A DNA stretch of 64,000 nt from Octopus vulgaris (Eukaryota): assembly GCA_951406725.2 (NCBI GenBank), contig OX597822.1, forward strand, positions 80,600,001-80,664,000, given 5' to 3'. Every line of letters begins with the position of its first letter. Position 1 is the first letter of the stretch. The notes beneath the pieces are model-generated. The model searched no databases, had not been told where the DNA came from, and saw only the letters and a program-made list of their open reading frames with translations. A program made the translations under genes and the position numbers. Positions 13,301 to 26,381 of this stretch are shown here, piece after piece.

Positions 13301-15072
13301 CACACACATACGCACACACACATTTAAATACAGAGCGAAAAGCACTCAGAGACATGTGTGTGATAGATCCATTATGGGCGTATAATTTCCATTAATGAAG
13401 TGTCGTATTTGATTTGAAGATTGGAGCAGATAGAAAGATGTGTTATAGTATTCGAATATAGACAAGAAAGGAGTGGGTCTTGGAGAAGATTAGCGGTTGT
13501 CTCTCTCTGTAGACAATCCTTGACAAATCACGAAAGATAATGGACTCCACGTGTTTGGATAGGAAAGTTAAATGACCAGATAGTAAAAATAAATCAAATT
13601 TATTGCCATGTCAGTATTTTGCCAATTAATTTCAGCAACAGCCGTTGCAGTGAAGTTGACCACTCGTATACACAAACGTACGAACGCATGTATGTCAATA
13701 TTCAGTTTATTTCAAGATTTCTTGCCAATAGAGAAAAAACCGGTTTCTAACCTAGATCCAAGGCTCCTTTATTGGAATTTCAACATCAACAAGAGGTATT
13801 TTGGTTTGCTTGTATGTATGTATGTAAGTATGTACGTATGTATGTATGTATGTATGTATGTTTGTATATATGCATGTATCTATGTATCATTGTGTGTATG
13901 TGTATGTACGTGTGCGTGTATGTGTCTTTGCGTCTATATATATGTATGTATATACATGTATATGTATTTCTATCTATCACAGTATACATACATATATACA
14001 TGCATATGTACATACAAAACTGCATACATACACGCACGCGCACACACTGACACATGCACACACATACATACATATATATACATGTATACATACAAAAATA
14101 TATGCATACACACACGCGCACACACACTCACACAAACACACACACTCACATACACACACACATATGAAGTTTCTTCTACTCTTGTTCCCGGCCAACCAGC
14201 GCTTCGTAAGTAAATTTTGTAGACGGAGGGACGTTGTGTGTGTGTCTGTGTGTGTGTATGTGTACGTGTGTGTGTGTATGTGTGCGTGTGTTTGTATGTT
14301 TGCGTGTGTGGGTGTTCCTGCATACATGCGTGTGTGTGTGTGTGTCATTGTGTCTCCTTGTGCTTGTGTCTGTCCTCCCCACTGCATAACTATTGGTTTG
14401 TTTATGTCCTCTATTCAGCCTAAGGCACGGGTATCACTGGGGCCATTGTGTTTGGCTAAAACACTCACGACCGCATCACAAAGTCGCCGCATTCCACGAA
14501 GTGACGCAAGTGATAAAGATGGTTATCAGATTTTAACGACCTATATACATAGAATGATTAAAACCTGTGTAGCAGAGACACAAATATGACAAATTTAGCT
14601 CTTTCTCCGTAGATTGGATAAAGAATAAAAGAATGGCCTTAAAGAATTTTCGCAACTTATTGCATTCTCATCAGTGACGTCTGCATCAAAAGTGAAATAT
14701 GCAGTGACGTCTCCAATCCGTAACGTCTGAAATCACGAACCTCTGCAATCGAAGAGAAATATTTATTATATACTAAAACAATCCAGTAGATACAGACAGC
14801 TGAAGCTACCAATTTACATAGCTCAAAAATTTAACAATTTATTTGCTATCAGCACCCTGTCAAGTGGGATCTCAGTCCATATGGTATCTAGTTATGATGT
14901 AACGTAATCGACCTGCGTATCGTGTGTTATACATCGCTGGTCACGATACACTTTACATTGTTTTAGCTTTCGAATGAAGCCACCCCGCTCTCAAGGGTAG
15001 CAAGGCAACATTGGCCCCTCTCTGATAGGTTATGAACAAATTTTTAGTAGGCACGATACACCTCCAAGCAAC

Positions 15073-15185
15073 AATTCTCACAATTAAGTGAGAAAAAATA
15101 TTCACTTAACGTGAACCACTAAATGGAAGACGGATACGCCCCTAAACGAAAATTCTCACAATTAAGTGAGAAACAAATATTCACT
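15073..15185. repeat. Two direct copies of a 34-bp self-complementary unit
   Basis: aattctcacaattaagtgagaaa-aaatattcact at 15073 and 15151; internal stem ttctcac/gtgagaa. Confidence 0.85.
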
Positions 15186-15449
15186 CCATTGCAGGCAGAT
15201 CAGAATTTAGAATCCAGTGCGGACTTCTTGCTTGTACAAAAAAAGTATTACCGCTAACAACAACTCCAACTGGACCCAAAATACAAGACTCTTACCTTAC
15301 AGCGGAGCTTTAAGACTTTTCAATTCAAGACGGCTTTAAGAGCACGTCTTCACCACATCAGTGCCAAACACAACACTGACTCGGACATGCGTAGTGGGGA
15401 AGCAAGCTTCTTACCACACAGCCACGCCTGTTCGTAAAAGGAGTGAAAG

Positions 15450-15563
15450 ATGTTTACAGCACCTAAGTTTCCCAAGCAGTCACCCATCTAAGTATTAACT
15501 AGCCTTGACTCTGCTTAACTTGGGTGATCGGACGAGAACCGGTGTTTTCAAAGTTATATGGCC

Positions 15564-15568
<5 letters not shown>
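15450..15568 (-). pseudogene. 5S rRNA-derived sequence (pseudogene or SINE3 head)
   Basis: Minus strand tacggccatataactttgaaaacaccggttctcgtccgatcacccaagttaagc...tacttagatgggtgactgcttgggaaacttaggtgctgtaaac is colinear with metazoan 5S rRNA over ~119 nt, with many substitutions. Confidence 0.88.
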
Positions 15569-15623
<55 letters not shown>

Positions 15624-15784
15624 TGTCCTTAGATACAGAAGCACCTACATGTATGTATACACACACACACACACACACGTATATATATATATATACATAT
15701 ACATAGATATATTATATAAAATTATATATTTATATAATGTATCTATGTACATGTATGTATAAGTCTATGTATATATATACATAC

Positions 15785-15835
<51 letters not shown>

Positions 15836-15866
15836 CTGATATCGTCCTGAGATACATATAAACTCA

Positions 15867-15902
<36 letters not shown>

Positions 15903-16268
15903 TATACGTGTGTGTGTGTGTTGGATAATATTGCTCTTCATAATATATGTAATAAGTAACACTCACGTGGTTTTGGTCAACGCGGCGTCAGAATATATTC
16001 GCTAAACGTGCTGTGAACGGACATAACGATGTAAATATATTTGGCTTGAAACAAACTGAAACCATTACGCTTAAAAATAGGATCCTTATAGCATCGTTCG
16101 TTATTAATTATCCGGTTAGAATGACATGCGACTTTGCTCTTTATTAGCCTTTTTTCTCTTTTCCTCCTCCACTCATCAGCATCACCATCATTATGAACAT
16201 TATCGTAGAATCATTACTACATCCTGTTCATCTTATTCGAAATCTTAAATACATGCATAGACATACAC

Positions 16269-16305
<37 letters not shown>

Positions 16306-16306
16306 T

Positions 16307-16343
<37 letters not shown>

Positions 16344-16540
16344 CGTGTACATGTATGTATGCGCTGTTGGCTGGCCATTGTACATTATATCTCAGGGAAA
16401 TAGACATTAGTTTCAAGCTTGATACGATTTACACGTGATTTTACTCACACTCCAGCACACACGTATGCACGTGTATAAATATAAGTCTATATACACCCAC
16501 ACACACACACATATATATATATATAACTATGCATATGTAA

Positions 16541-16582
<42 letters not shown>

Positions 16583-16591
<9 letters not shown>

Positions 16592-16641
16592 AAAATAGTA
16601 AAGTGTGAAAAAACGACACACTTTACTATTTTCTTATATAT
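16583..16641. repeat. Perfect 25-bp-arm hairpin beside (TA)n
   Basis: atatataagaaaatagtaaagtgtg - 9 nt - cacactttactattttcttatatat. Confidence 0.9.
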
Positions 16642-17506
16642 TCACCCACGTGCTTTACCAAACAAACTTTCTTATCTATATATATATATATACACTTATA
16701 TATATAAACGTATATAACTTTACATACGTGTGTGTGAGTGTGTATGTATATTATATACCAGTATATATATTGTATATATAAGTATGTGTGCGCGTGTGTT
16801 TCTCTGTTGGTGTTTATGTGTGCGAGTGCCTTCGATTATTCTGGTCGCATTCTTATCATTCATTTACACGATAAGATTTACTACAAAATACTTGCAATAT
16901 AAAACTATAAAATATAATAAGAGATATAAAAAACAACATTACCATAAGTATCGTAAAGAACATTCAGATACTATGAGGAAGAGAGCGAGCAAGGGAGAAG
17001 TGAGGTGAGGAAGAAAAGAGACAAGGAAGAAGACAATCCAACACAGGCCTTTTTTTTTTTTTTTTTCATTGTGATATCTGCAAAAATAACGTCATTGAAG
17101 CAGCATTAAAGATCTGTGAATCAGAGAGCTGAACAGAGAAAGACAGAGGACAGGTGTTCTTGCTTATCGCAGACAACAGCAGCTGGTTCGCTCTATGATG
17201 TGTAAGAAATCAATTGGAAATGGATAAATGGTAAATCCTTCTGGCGAAGATTATTCATCGTCAATATTGATGGCTGTTTTGTAATGATACAAACGTAAAG
17301 AGACACATATGCACGTGTACATACTTACATAGGCATGTACATACCATACGCTTATTCACGCACACTCAGCCATATAGATTCTCACGCATCACCACAGATA
17401 ACAGTGACTGCGTGATCAGCTTTCCTTCTCTGTGTTACTTTCTGTAGTTATATATGTGTTCTATATATATTGTTGTCAATACATACATGCATGTATATAT
17501 ACATGC

Positions 17507-17645
<139 letters not shown>

Positions 17646-17670
17646 CATACATATATATATATATATAGTA

Positions 17671-17863
17671 TAAAATTCGTGTGTAAGGCCGGAACAAGGT
17701 GAAATAAATCCAAGTTAAATCACAGAAAACAGCCATATGAATTAATGGTGACTTACCCTGCTTTCACTATTTTAGCGTATGTCACCATTAGTTCATATGC
17801 CTGTTTCCTTGCGAGTTACATTGGATTTATTTCGCATTATTATGGCCTTACCCATGAATTTTA
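17671..17863. repeat. Fold-back inverted repeat (~85 bp arms) between (TA)n tracts
   Basis: taaaattc...taaggcc...gaaataaatccaa...catatgaattaatggtgac is mirrored by gtcaccattagttcatatg...ttggatttatttc...ggcctta...gaatttta. Confidence 0.85.
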
Positions 17864-17906
17864 CATAATATATTCCACACAGTACTTTATATTGCCTACA
17901 TACCTA

Positions 17907-17946
<40 letters not shown>

Positions 17947-18146
17947 ATGGGGGTTTAGTTCACAAGTGATCTAAAAGGTTAGGTACGCTTAGACTTATGC
18001 ACTTGTTTTTACAACATCGGGAATTTGAACTATGAACTTTTATGCTTCTTTTTTCTTATCTCACTTCATCCCCGTATTCCTTTGCTCCCTTTCTCTATAT
18101 TGTATTTCATGTATATACACCCTTCTCCTTTTCCCTATTTTCCGAC

Positions 18147-18210
18147 CTTTGTCTCTGATGACGGAATATCCCATACTCTGGGATATCATAGAAATACCTG
18201 TGAGACAAAG
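18147..18210 (+). ncRNA. Type I hammerhead ribozyme motif, cleavage triplet mutated
   Basis: ctttgtct CTGATGA cggaatatccca-tactc-tgggatatcata GAAA tacctg TG agacaaag. Helix I is 8 bp and helix II is paired, but the site is GUG rather than GUH. Confidence 0.7.
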
Positions 18211-18387
18211 AATTTCTTCCAATAATACTAAAGCATTATTATTGTATTGATTTTAGATAACGTTGTTTAATTCATTGTGTTATACTTTTATATTTTTATA
18301 CACTCTACGGATACTATATTTTTGCCTTGACGTATGTTGTCCTCTTTAACAATTATATGCCAACTATATATATATATATATATATGT

Positions 18388-18444
<57 letters not shown>

Positions 18445-18570
18445 AACACAAATATACATGTGTATACGTATATATTATATATATTGATATATCAATCTAT
18501 CTCATCTGTCTCCCTTGTTCTTTTTCTATGTGTGTGTGTGTATACTTGCATATACACACACATTATACAC

Positions 18571-18616
<46 letters not shown>

Positions 18617-18676
18617 CTTTACTCTGTATTTCATATCTTCTCTATAGTAACTATTATTTAAACATTTTCTGACACC

Positions 18677-18724
18677 GTCTCTGATGAAGGGATATATAAG
18701 ATATCCCGGAAGCATCTGTACGAC
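18677..18724 (+). ncRNA. Decayed type I hammerhead motif (same family as 61539)
   Basis: gtct CTGATGA agggatat-ataag-atatccc GGAAG catctg TA cgac; 3' flank resembles 61587-61654. Confidence 0.65.
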
Positions 18725-18787
18725 CTTCTCTTTATGAATGTTCTGAAAACTTTTCACACCCTTCGATTTTCTTATCTCATCTTGTTA

Positions 18788-18832
<45 letters not shown>

Positions 18833-18861
18833 CATATGTATATATATATATATAGATATAA

Positions 18862-18910
<49 letters not shown>

Positions 18911-19566
18911 GATATAGATATATACGCACACATATATATATGTATATGTTTGGGTGGATGTGTTTGCGTGTATTATTTCTACGTATAGATGTATATTTGT
19001 CTACGCAATCACGTACACATGTTTAATAAGCATCTACTACTTTCTGTACTAAAGTAGCTAAAACCCTTGACCTTTTGGTACTTTAAGATGAGGATCTAAC
19101 CGAGTCTTATCTTTAAAAAAATCTCAGCAGTCTTCGTTTATCTTTTTCTTTCCAAGCTAACGTAAGACATTAACGAATAAAATATATCTTTAACACTTTC
19201 TATCGAACATTTATTCAACAATTGCTTTATTGATTATCGGTTCTCAACAGGTTGCTTAACAGGTCACACAGCGTTACATACATACACACATATATACATC
19301 TATACTTAGAAGATCTTGCAACAGTTAGGATGTTGTCAATTTCTGAATGTTTGTGTTTAGCACATTTTCAACTATGGCTGGATGATTTGCTTTTTTTGTC
19401 TTAGCATTTTAATCTGGCATGAGGACAAAACAAAATAAATACATTTTAGTTGGTTCGAAGAGAGTATTCTTCTGACTATTAAGTGTCTTTAAATACCTTT
19501 GTATATACAAGTGTATATACATAGAGAAATACATAATTACATTCATACATTTACATAACAGAAATA

Positions 19567-19828
19567 GATTTAACGACATTCTTTAAATAAAACTATAACA
19601 ATTGTTTCGACATATTTTTACACTCGTATTACATGGGTGTAATCAACCCTATTATGTATCCAATGTGTAAGATACACCTCTTCAGAGGATCGTTTTCAAT
19701 GAGTCCGTTCTTAGTTCATACTATCATTTCACTGAGTGAAATGTCATTTATGTAATTTAATCAATGTACAACGAGTGTAAAAGTGTGTCGAAATAATTGT
19801 ATTGATTTTAGATAATGTTGTTTAATTC
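19567..19828. repeat. Fold-back unit with a decayed long-helix-II hammerhead on the minus strand
   Basis: acaattgtttcgacatatttttacactcgt / acgagtgtaaaagtgtgtcgaaataattgt. Minus strand has CTGAAGA (19679-19685) ... cGAAA-CAATTG-TT. The 3' flank 19796-19870 is also repeated at 18240-18316. Confidence 0.75.
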
Positions 19829-21770
19829 ATTGTGTGATACTTTTATATTTTTATATACTCTACTGATACTATAGTATTTCTGATGTACATCCTGTAGGAA
19901 GAGCATTTCAACTCTACAATGCCATCTGGTAGCCAATAGCTGAGGACGAAATTTGCATAGCATACTAAAAGCCTTTTACCCAAATCTTATTTAACTAATA
20001 CAAACGTACGTACAGACAAACATGCATACATATAACACAAACATATGTAATACATACGTACACACACATACACACACATGCATACATCTACACAAAAACA
20101 CATGTATTATATAGGTACATACACACACATATATATTATATACGTACACACATACACACACATGCATACACACAAATATATATATTACATACACACACAT
20201 ATTACATACGTACACACACATGCACAGATACACATACACAAACACATACACACACACATATATATATGCCTGTATGTGTTTAAGAATGCAGAATTTGGGG
20301 ATGCGAATAGTCATCTACCTAGGCTGCATACATTATATTGGTAAAATGTAAAGACTTATACCTGTTTATGCCACTGACAGAATTGTTGCCGATATTTCGG
20401 CCCAATTCTCTTATCAGAAATAATGGGAATATAGTTTGTTCCCGTCCCCGAAATAATGAAAATAATAATTTAATAAATTGTTTTTATGAATTCGCGGTGG
20501 GGAAGTAGTTGCGGACGGCGTAAAAGTAGAGAAAATCGAAGAGAGTGTTGTGAGATGTGCAGGAAGATTATCAACGAAAGAAAATTTACAGTTTTGGTCT
20601 GATTTAGGTAGATTGGCAGTCAGGGATCAGTTACGGATCAGTGGGTCCACAAACAACTCATCGACAGCAACATGTGCCTTAACGTATTGCGTTCGGACAC
20701 ATTTAGGCGCTTCACCAGGTTGTCAGGGTGTAGCACTCACTATCGCTACACTAGAATTCTTAATCACTTTCTATGAAATACAACGAATGTTTTCACCAGT
20801 CTGTAATTCTCACCTAAATCACTAGAATCAAACCATTTAAATTCTTTCTACATCGTATTCATCTCACACACTCATCTCCAAATATTTTACCACTCAACGC
20901 TAAATGATCTTTTTTCATTTATTTTACTCTCATATTGAATGAGACCTTAACAGCTTTTAAATTACATCTAACATTAATAATAATATTTGTATTTATTTAT
21001 TTCATTACAATTTTCTTTTGTTTTTATATATCGACAGAATTATTCGCTCGCCTACTCTCATTTGAAAATATACGCGTGATTGAACCCCACCTTCGATATA
21101 CATGTTCATATTTAATAGAATCATAACAATTCTTCTTTATTTTTGTTCATTATGTACAACCTGTTCGCTTATGACACTGTTTTTCTTCTGTTTTTCTTTT
21201 CAGATTTTTTCCTTTTCAACCATATTCTTTCAAATGTTTTGAAAATCGCCATTTGTATAAATTTTATCGCCCATAATAGCGATAGAGTGGTCCATTCATC
21301 TAGCGGAGTTATTCAGTTAGAAAACTTATACATGCATATGTCATTACACACACTTATACACATACATACATACTCTCACGCATGGCACAAAGTACAGAGA
21401 CAGCGTGTAAGTGGAGAAGTCGTAAATAAATCTACGATTGTACACTTAATTATCAAATATTTAGCCCCACCACAAGCTGTGTGAACCGACCCCAGATTGA
21501 AAAATAAGCTTGGTTAGTTTCGACAATTTTTATCAGCTCATTAGTGTGTTTACCAATAGTTATAAATACACTACATATAAACGGTGTATTCAACAAACAG
21601 GTATTCCAGAAGACATTCTGGTACTTGATTGGAACCTAATTTTATCGCGTCTCTGGGGAGGAATAACAAATTGAACTTCAAAGACTTTCGAATATCATAT
21701 TTAAAAAAAGTCGTAATTAATTACATCAAAATCTTTCCCCGCTACTATTTAAAGAAGAAAAAAGGGTAGA

Positions 21771-22100
21771 ACTGTTACTCCGTCGGTTACGACGACGAGC
21801 ACTGCTGTTGATACAATCAACATAACATCCCTCTCGTGAAATTAATGTGCAACTGGATGAGTACTCCACAAACAAGTGTACCCTTAACATAGTTCTCAGA
21901 GAGATTCAGCACTACACTGAATATGGCAAGGCTGGCTCCCTTTAATTACAGGTACAACTCATTTTTCCAGTCGAGTGCATTCAAACTACGTGAAATAAAG
22001 TGTCTTGCTCAAGGACATTACGCGTTACCGGAAATCGAACTCATGACCTCAGGATCGTGAGTCGAATATCCCTAACCATTAAGACACGCGTATTCACAGC
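21771..22100 (-). mobile_element. tRNA-derived SINE, family B
   Basis: Reverse complement tggttagggatattcgactcacgatc...gagttcgatttccgg...ccttgagcaagacacttta. Confidence 0.8.
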
Positions 22101-22173
22101 TCGCTTCTGTACCGATCCTGACAATATGACAGGAGATCTCCTGGCAAGGCTGCTCCGAAAAATATCCATTATT

Positions 22174-22570
22174 CATTTCTACTCTAGGGTTAAGGCCCGA
22201 AATTTTGGAGGCGGTGACCAGTCGATTAGATTGAGCCCAGTACGCAACTGGTACTTAATTTATCGACCTCAAAAGGATAAAAGGCAAAGTCGACCTCAGC
22301 GGAATTTGAACACAGAACGTAAAGACAGAATAAATACATATTTCTTTACTACCCACAAGGGGCTAAACACAGAGGGGACAAACAAGGACAGACAAACGGG
22401 TTAAGTCGATTACATCGACCTCATTGCGTAACTGGTACTTATTTAATCGACCCCGAAAGGATGAAAGGCAAGGTCGACCTCGGCGGAATTTGAACTCAGA
22501 ACGTAGCGGCAGACGAAATACCGCTAAGCATTTCGCCCGGCGTGCTAACGGTTCTGCCAGCTCGCCGCCT
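22174..22570 (-). mobile_element. SINE family C, tandem/dimeric, with 11-bp flanking duplication
   Basis: aggcggcgagctggcagaaccgttagcacgccgggcgaaatgc...gagttcaaattccgccgaggtcgac, core present twice; tatccattatt at 22163-22173 and 22576-22586. Confidence 0.85.
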
Positions 22571-22716
22571 TAAATTATCCATTATTAACAATTAAACAAC
22601 GGCGTATCAAAATCTAAACCAAAAATATCACAGACACAACAAACAAGAAGAGGACAGATATCGATCAAATATAAATAATGTAATTAATGTAATTTACTAG
22701 AGTACTTTTTTAAAAA

Positions 22717-22898
22717 AACAATTGCAGTGTGGAAGGTGTCTACAAGCCATTTAAAAATGTACAAAAACGGTTTGGTTCACTTCAACATTTAAATTTAATT
22801 TGTTAAAATATTTTTGTTGCTTTGAGACCACGACCTGTTCAATGACAACATTCCGTGTTTTTAAATGGCTCATAAACACCTTCCTCGCTGCAATTGTT
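22717..22898. repeat. Fold-back unit (~42 bp arms)
   Basis: aacaattgcagtgtggaaggtgtctacaagccatttaaaaa / tttttaaatggctcataaacaccttcctcgctgcaattgtt. Confidence 0.8.
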
Positions 22899-22969
22899 GT
22901 TTTTTTTCATCACACGGTCTCAAATCAGGTCAATTGCTATGAGAGTACATCTCCGTAAGTTTTTTTGTA

Positions 22970-23270
22970 AAACCTGGCTCTTATTCTGTTTGACATATTT
23001 GCCGAACCGCTAGCTTACGAGACGAAAACAAACCAACGCTGGTTGTCAAGCTGTAGGTGTGCGTGCGGGGGGCGGTAGAACAGTCACAAAGACACACACA
23101 CACATAGATACGTGTATTTGTGTGTGTATACGACCGTCTTCTTTCAGTTTCCCATAACCACATACGTTCTCAAAGCTTTGGTCGGCCGAGACTATGGTAA
23201 AAGACACTTACCCAAAATACCACGTAGTGTATCTGAACCTGGGTCATGCTTACGAACACTTTCGCCTGAA
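22970..23270 (-). mobile_element. SINE family A
   Basis: ctttcagtttcc...gctttggtcggccgag-ctatggta-aagacactt and gccgaaccgctag...ggttgtcaagc blocks. Confidence 0.8.
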
Positions 23271-24039
23271 CATAAAAATTGAAAAACGAAACGCGCCGAA
23301 AAATGAAGCTTATCATAGGCAAAAACGCATAACCAGTACAAGCGAAAATGATAATGATCTATAGAACGGCTGGCATTTGAAACCTCAGGTATCAATCAAT
23401 TCACGCATCAATAAAAATACACGCAACCAAACAGAAGTAGAATTGTTTTTCTTCTTTCTAAGCACATTCTACAGCTACACTCTACGCTGAAGATAAAACT
23501 TTGATACGACAATACAAAGAATAACACCTTTTTGACCTCTATTTTACAATGAAACAGATAAACTAATCAATTTTAAAAAGATGCATTCTCAAAACCAGAA
23601 AGATATCAGAAATCAACAGAAAACTCAAGAAACAATCATAAAATGAAGAACAACAATAGAATTATTAAATAAAGACACACTTACAGAGGAGTAAATAATG
23701 AAAGAGAACCAGATCAGCACGAAACATATAAATAGACGGGAGCAGGAGAAAGATTTCAGAATAAGATGAGAATCATGAAGATGACAGTCTAAACGGAGAA
23801 ATAATTAAAATATCAAAATCAATGACTTCCTATCAACCAACGCTCGGTTTTGATATTTGTACTGTATGTATTATTGTTTAGGTCAATAATTGTTGTATGC
23901 TACAGCATGTAAAGAATTAAAGATATTTTGGTATTCATCTGTTCGATTAGCTATGGCTTAGACTAGAGATAAATTGCCCTTGAGACTCGTCTGTTGCAGC
24001 TTACAACAACATTTAATGGTACTGTCTGGCTGGAGGCCG

Positions 24040-24185
24040 CTGTTGAGGTTGATATAGTAGTCATTGTACTATGTATAGCTACTGTTGCTTGGTTCTCATT
24101 GATTTTGAGAGCTTCACGTATGTGGAGGATACGTTCATAATACAGCATCCATTCTGACTATTCATGAAGGTGATCATGACTTATG
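24040..24185 (-). mobile_element. Possible Penelope-like GIY-YIG C-terminal remnant
   Basis: HDHLHE...ERILHIREALKINENQ resembles the H...R-i-rEAleI tail of PLE GIY-YIG domains. Confidence 0.45.
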
Positions 24186-24214
24186 TCTAATTGTGAGTAT
24201 CATGATGCTGTTTG

Positions 24215-24299
<85 letters not shown>

Positions 24300-24980
24300 T
24301 TGTGTGTGCGTGCGTGCGTGCGTGTGTGTGTATTTTTCCCTTGTTTTCAATTAACACGGAAAATATATATAAACAGTTACCAGGGCAGCATAAAATCACA
24401 CATGTAATAAAGACGTAACACTCTATTTGTAAAGGTAGACATTCTTGGTTGATGTGAAATATTTTGTATAATATATATAAATAAATGGAGTTAAATGCAG
24501 GTGTTATTCAAATTCTTTTATTTACAACATATGTTTCGAAGACAACATTGGTATTATGCATGTTGCTCTGTTTTTCTCCTGCAGCCTTTGACTTCCATAT
24601 TTTCAGCAGGAATGTAAACCGTATCTCTTGGAGGGTTTGTCAACATCCTGGACATAGTTCCTGCTCCATATTCTAGAAAACACACACACACAAACACATA
24701 TTACATATTACAACACATATTACAAATGCATATTACATGCATCTCCATACATACTTCGTTCAACCACCTCACCCCATTCTTTTATACGTTCTTTCATGAC
24801 TGTTCGCTGATAAAGAACTAGCGTGGAGAAGTTCAGTTCTATTTTCTTTCTTTCCAGCATAAAATATAGAGAGAATATGTATGTTAGTACGGACCGTGAA
24901 TATGAGTAAGCATATAGAACCCAGAGTGAAAGGAAAAGATGGAGATAGGTTGAAAGAGACAGACAGACAGACAGACAGAG

Positions 24981-25018
<38 letters not shown>

Positions 25019-25089
25019 AGAAAGGAAAAGGGATAGAGAAGACTCAACGTAATAACTTTATTAAAAAATGCTATAAGGATAAATATAAA

Positions 25090-26175
25090 CCTTCTTTTCT
25101 GTAATGTTGTTCAATAAAGCCAGCTTCAGCTTCAACAACTGCTTCTATATGAGATCTAAATCATCTACATACTTGAATGAAGTGGTTCTGGTTCATTTTG
25201 GACATTACTCTGACTACTGCAGCACCCTTCAAAGACTCTTGGGTGTTATGGACGTGTTCCTTGACCTCTCTCTCAACAACGCTCCACATGTAATAGTCCA
25301 ATGGATTGAGATCTGGGGAATTAGGAGGCCAAATGTTAGGGGTTAGGTGATCACGAAAATTTCTAGCCATCCATTCCGGAGTTACTAGAGCCATGTGTGA
25401 TAGAGCAGAGTCTTACTGAAATACATATGGCTTTCTATTGCATACACTGTTTATCTAAAGTTTGATAGCAGTTTCCAGGACCTCAATGTAGAGTTAACTT
25501 TAAGACCCTGTGGGAAGACGTAAGGAGGCATCACATGCCCTACATTGCTGAGAACCCTTAAAATCATGACAGTGGCAGGACATTTTGTATGCATAAAACT
25601 TGGAACTTCAGAAGGTTCTGAACATAATCAACTGTCATTTCTTCTGTAAACTTTTTGATGTTGGTTGAAGTTTTTCTCGTTTGAGAAACACCAAATGAAA
25701 TCTTCTGCTGGATTTTGCAATTTGTTTAAAAGTGCCTTTTATATCTGATGTAGTAATTTTCTTTTGCTTTTTCTGACAAATTGACCTTTCCTGATCATTT
25801 AAGAATTATATCTGATGTCTTCGTGGACAACATTCCTGACCGTTCCTTCTGACACAATCTTATGCAATTGACCTTATGGACTTCCTGAGATTGTAATCAA
25901 TGGTCTGTTGAACTTGGATAAATTCAGAGCGTTTAGAATGCTTTTTATGCTCTGTTACTGGTGATACGTTTCCATCTTCAGTCTCTAGCTCCTTACAAAG
26001 TCTGTAGACGAAAGATCTAGAAACTTTTAAAAATTGAGATATTTATAACCACAATAACAGTATGCCTCTTCATTTCTTGAGTAAGCTGAGGGTCTGTCAT
26101 TATCATTTTCTGAAACAATGATTACACAGTGTTAGCAAAAAATGCAGCAATGACCCAAATACCTTACGCACCCTG
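25090..26175 (-). mobile_element. Decayed Tc1/mariner DD37D (maT) DNA transposon
   Basis: IWCFSNEKNFNQHQK (first D region); PYVFQ*DSALSH...WPPNSPDLNPLDYYMW with 37 residues between the last two D; terminus caccctg|ta at 26169-26177; likely start ATG at ~26100. Confidence 0.88.
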
Positions 26176-26381
26176 TATATCCATACATAATACGTATACA
26201 CTCATGCGCACGATATGTCCATGAATGTCTTTAATATCTTGCTTAGGCATAGAGATACTAATAACCCAGTGCTAGACCTCAGGATACGTATGCGTCAGAA
26301 CAAAACCTCAGTTCAGTACAGAGCACAATAAGAGATTATATAAATGACAAAGGAACAGGAAATTGTATGATGAACCCCATT

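Noticed and set aside
14636-14680. Minus-strand CTGATGA...GAAA
   Set aside because: Helix I and helix III do not pair convincingly; may be chance
15073-15185. CRISPR-like repeat-spacer-repeat
   Set aside because: Only two units, eukaryotic context and no cas genes
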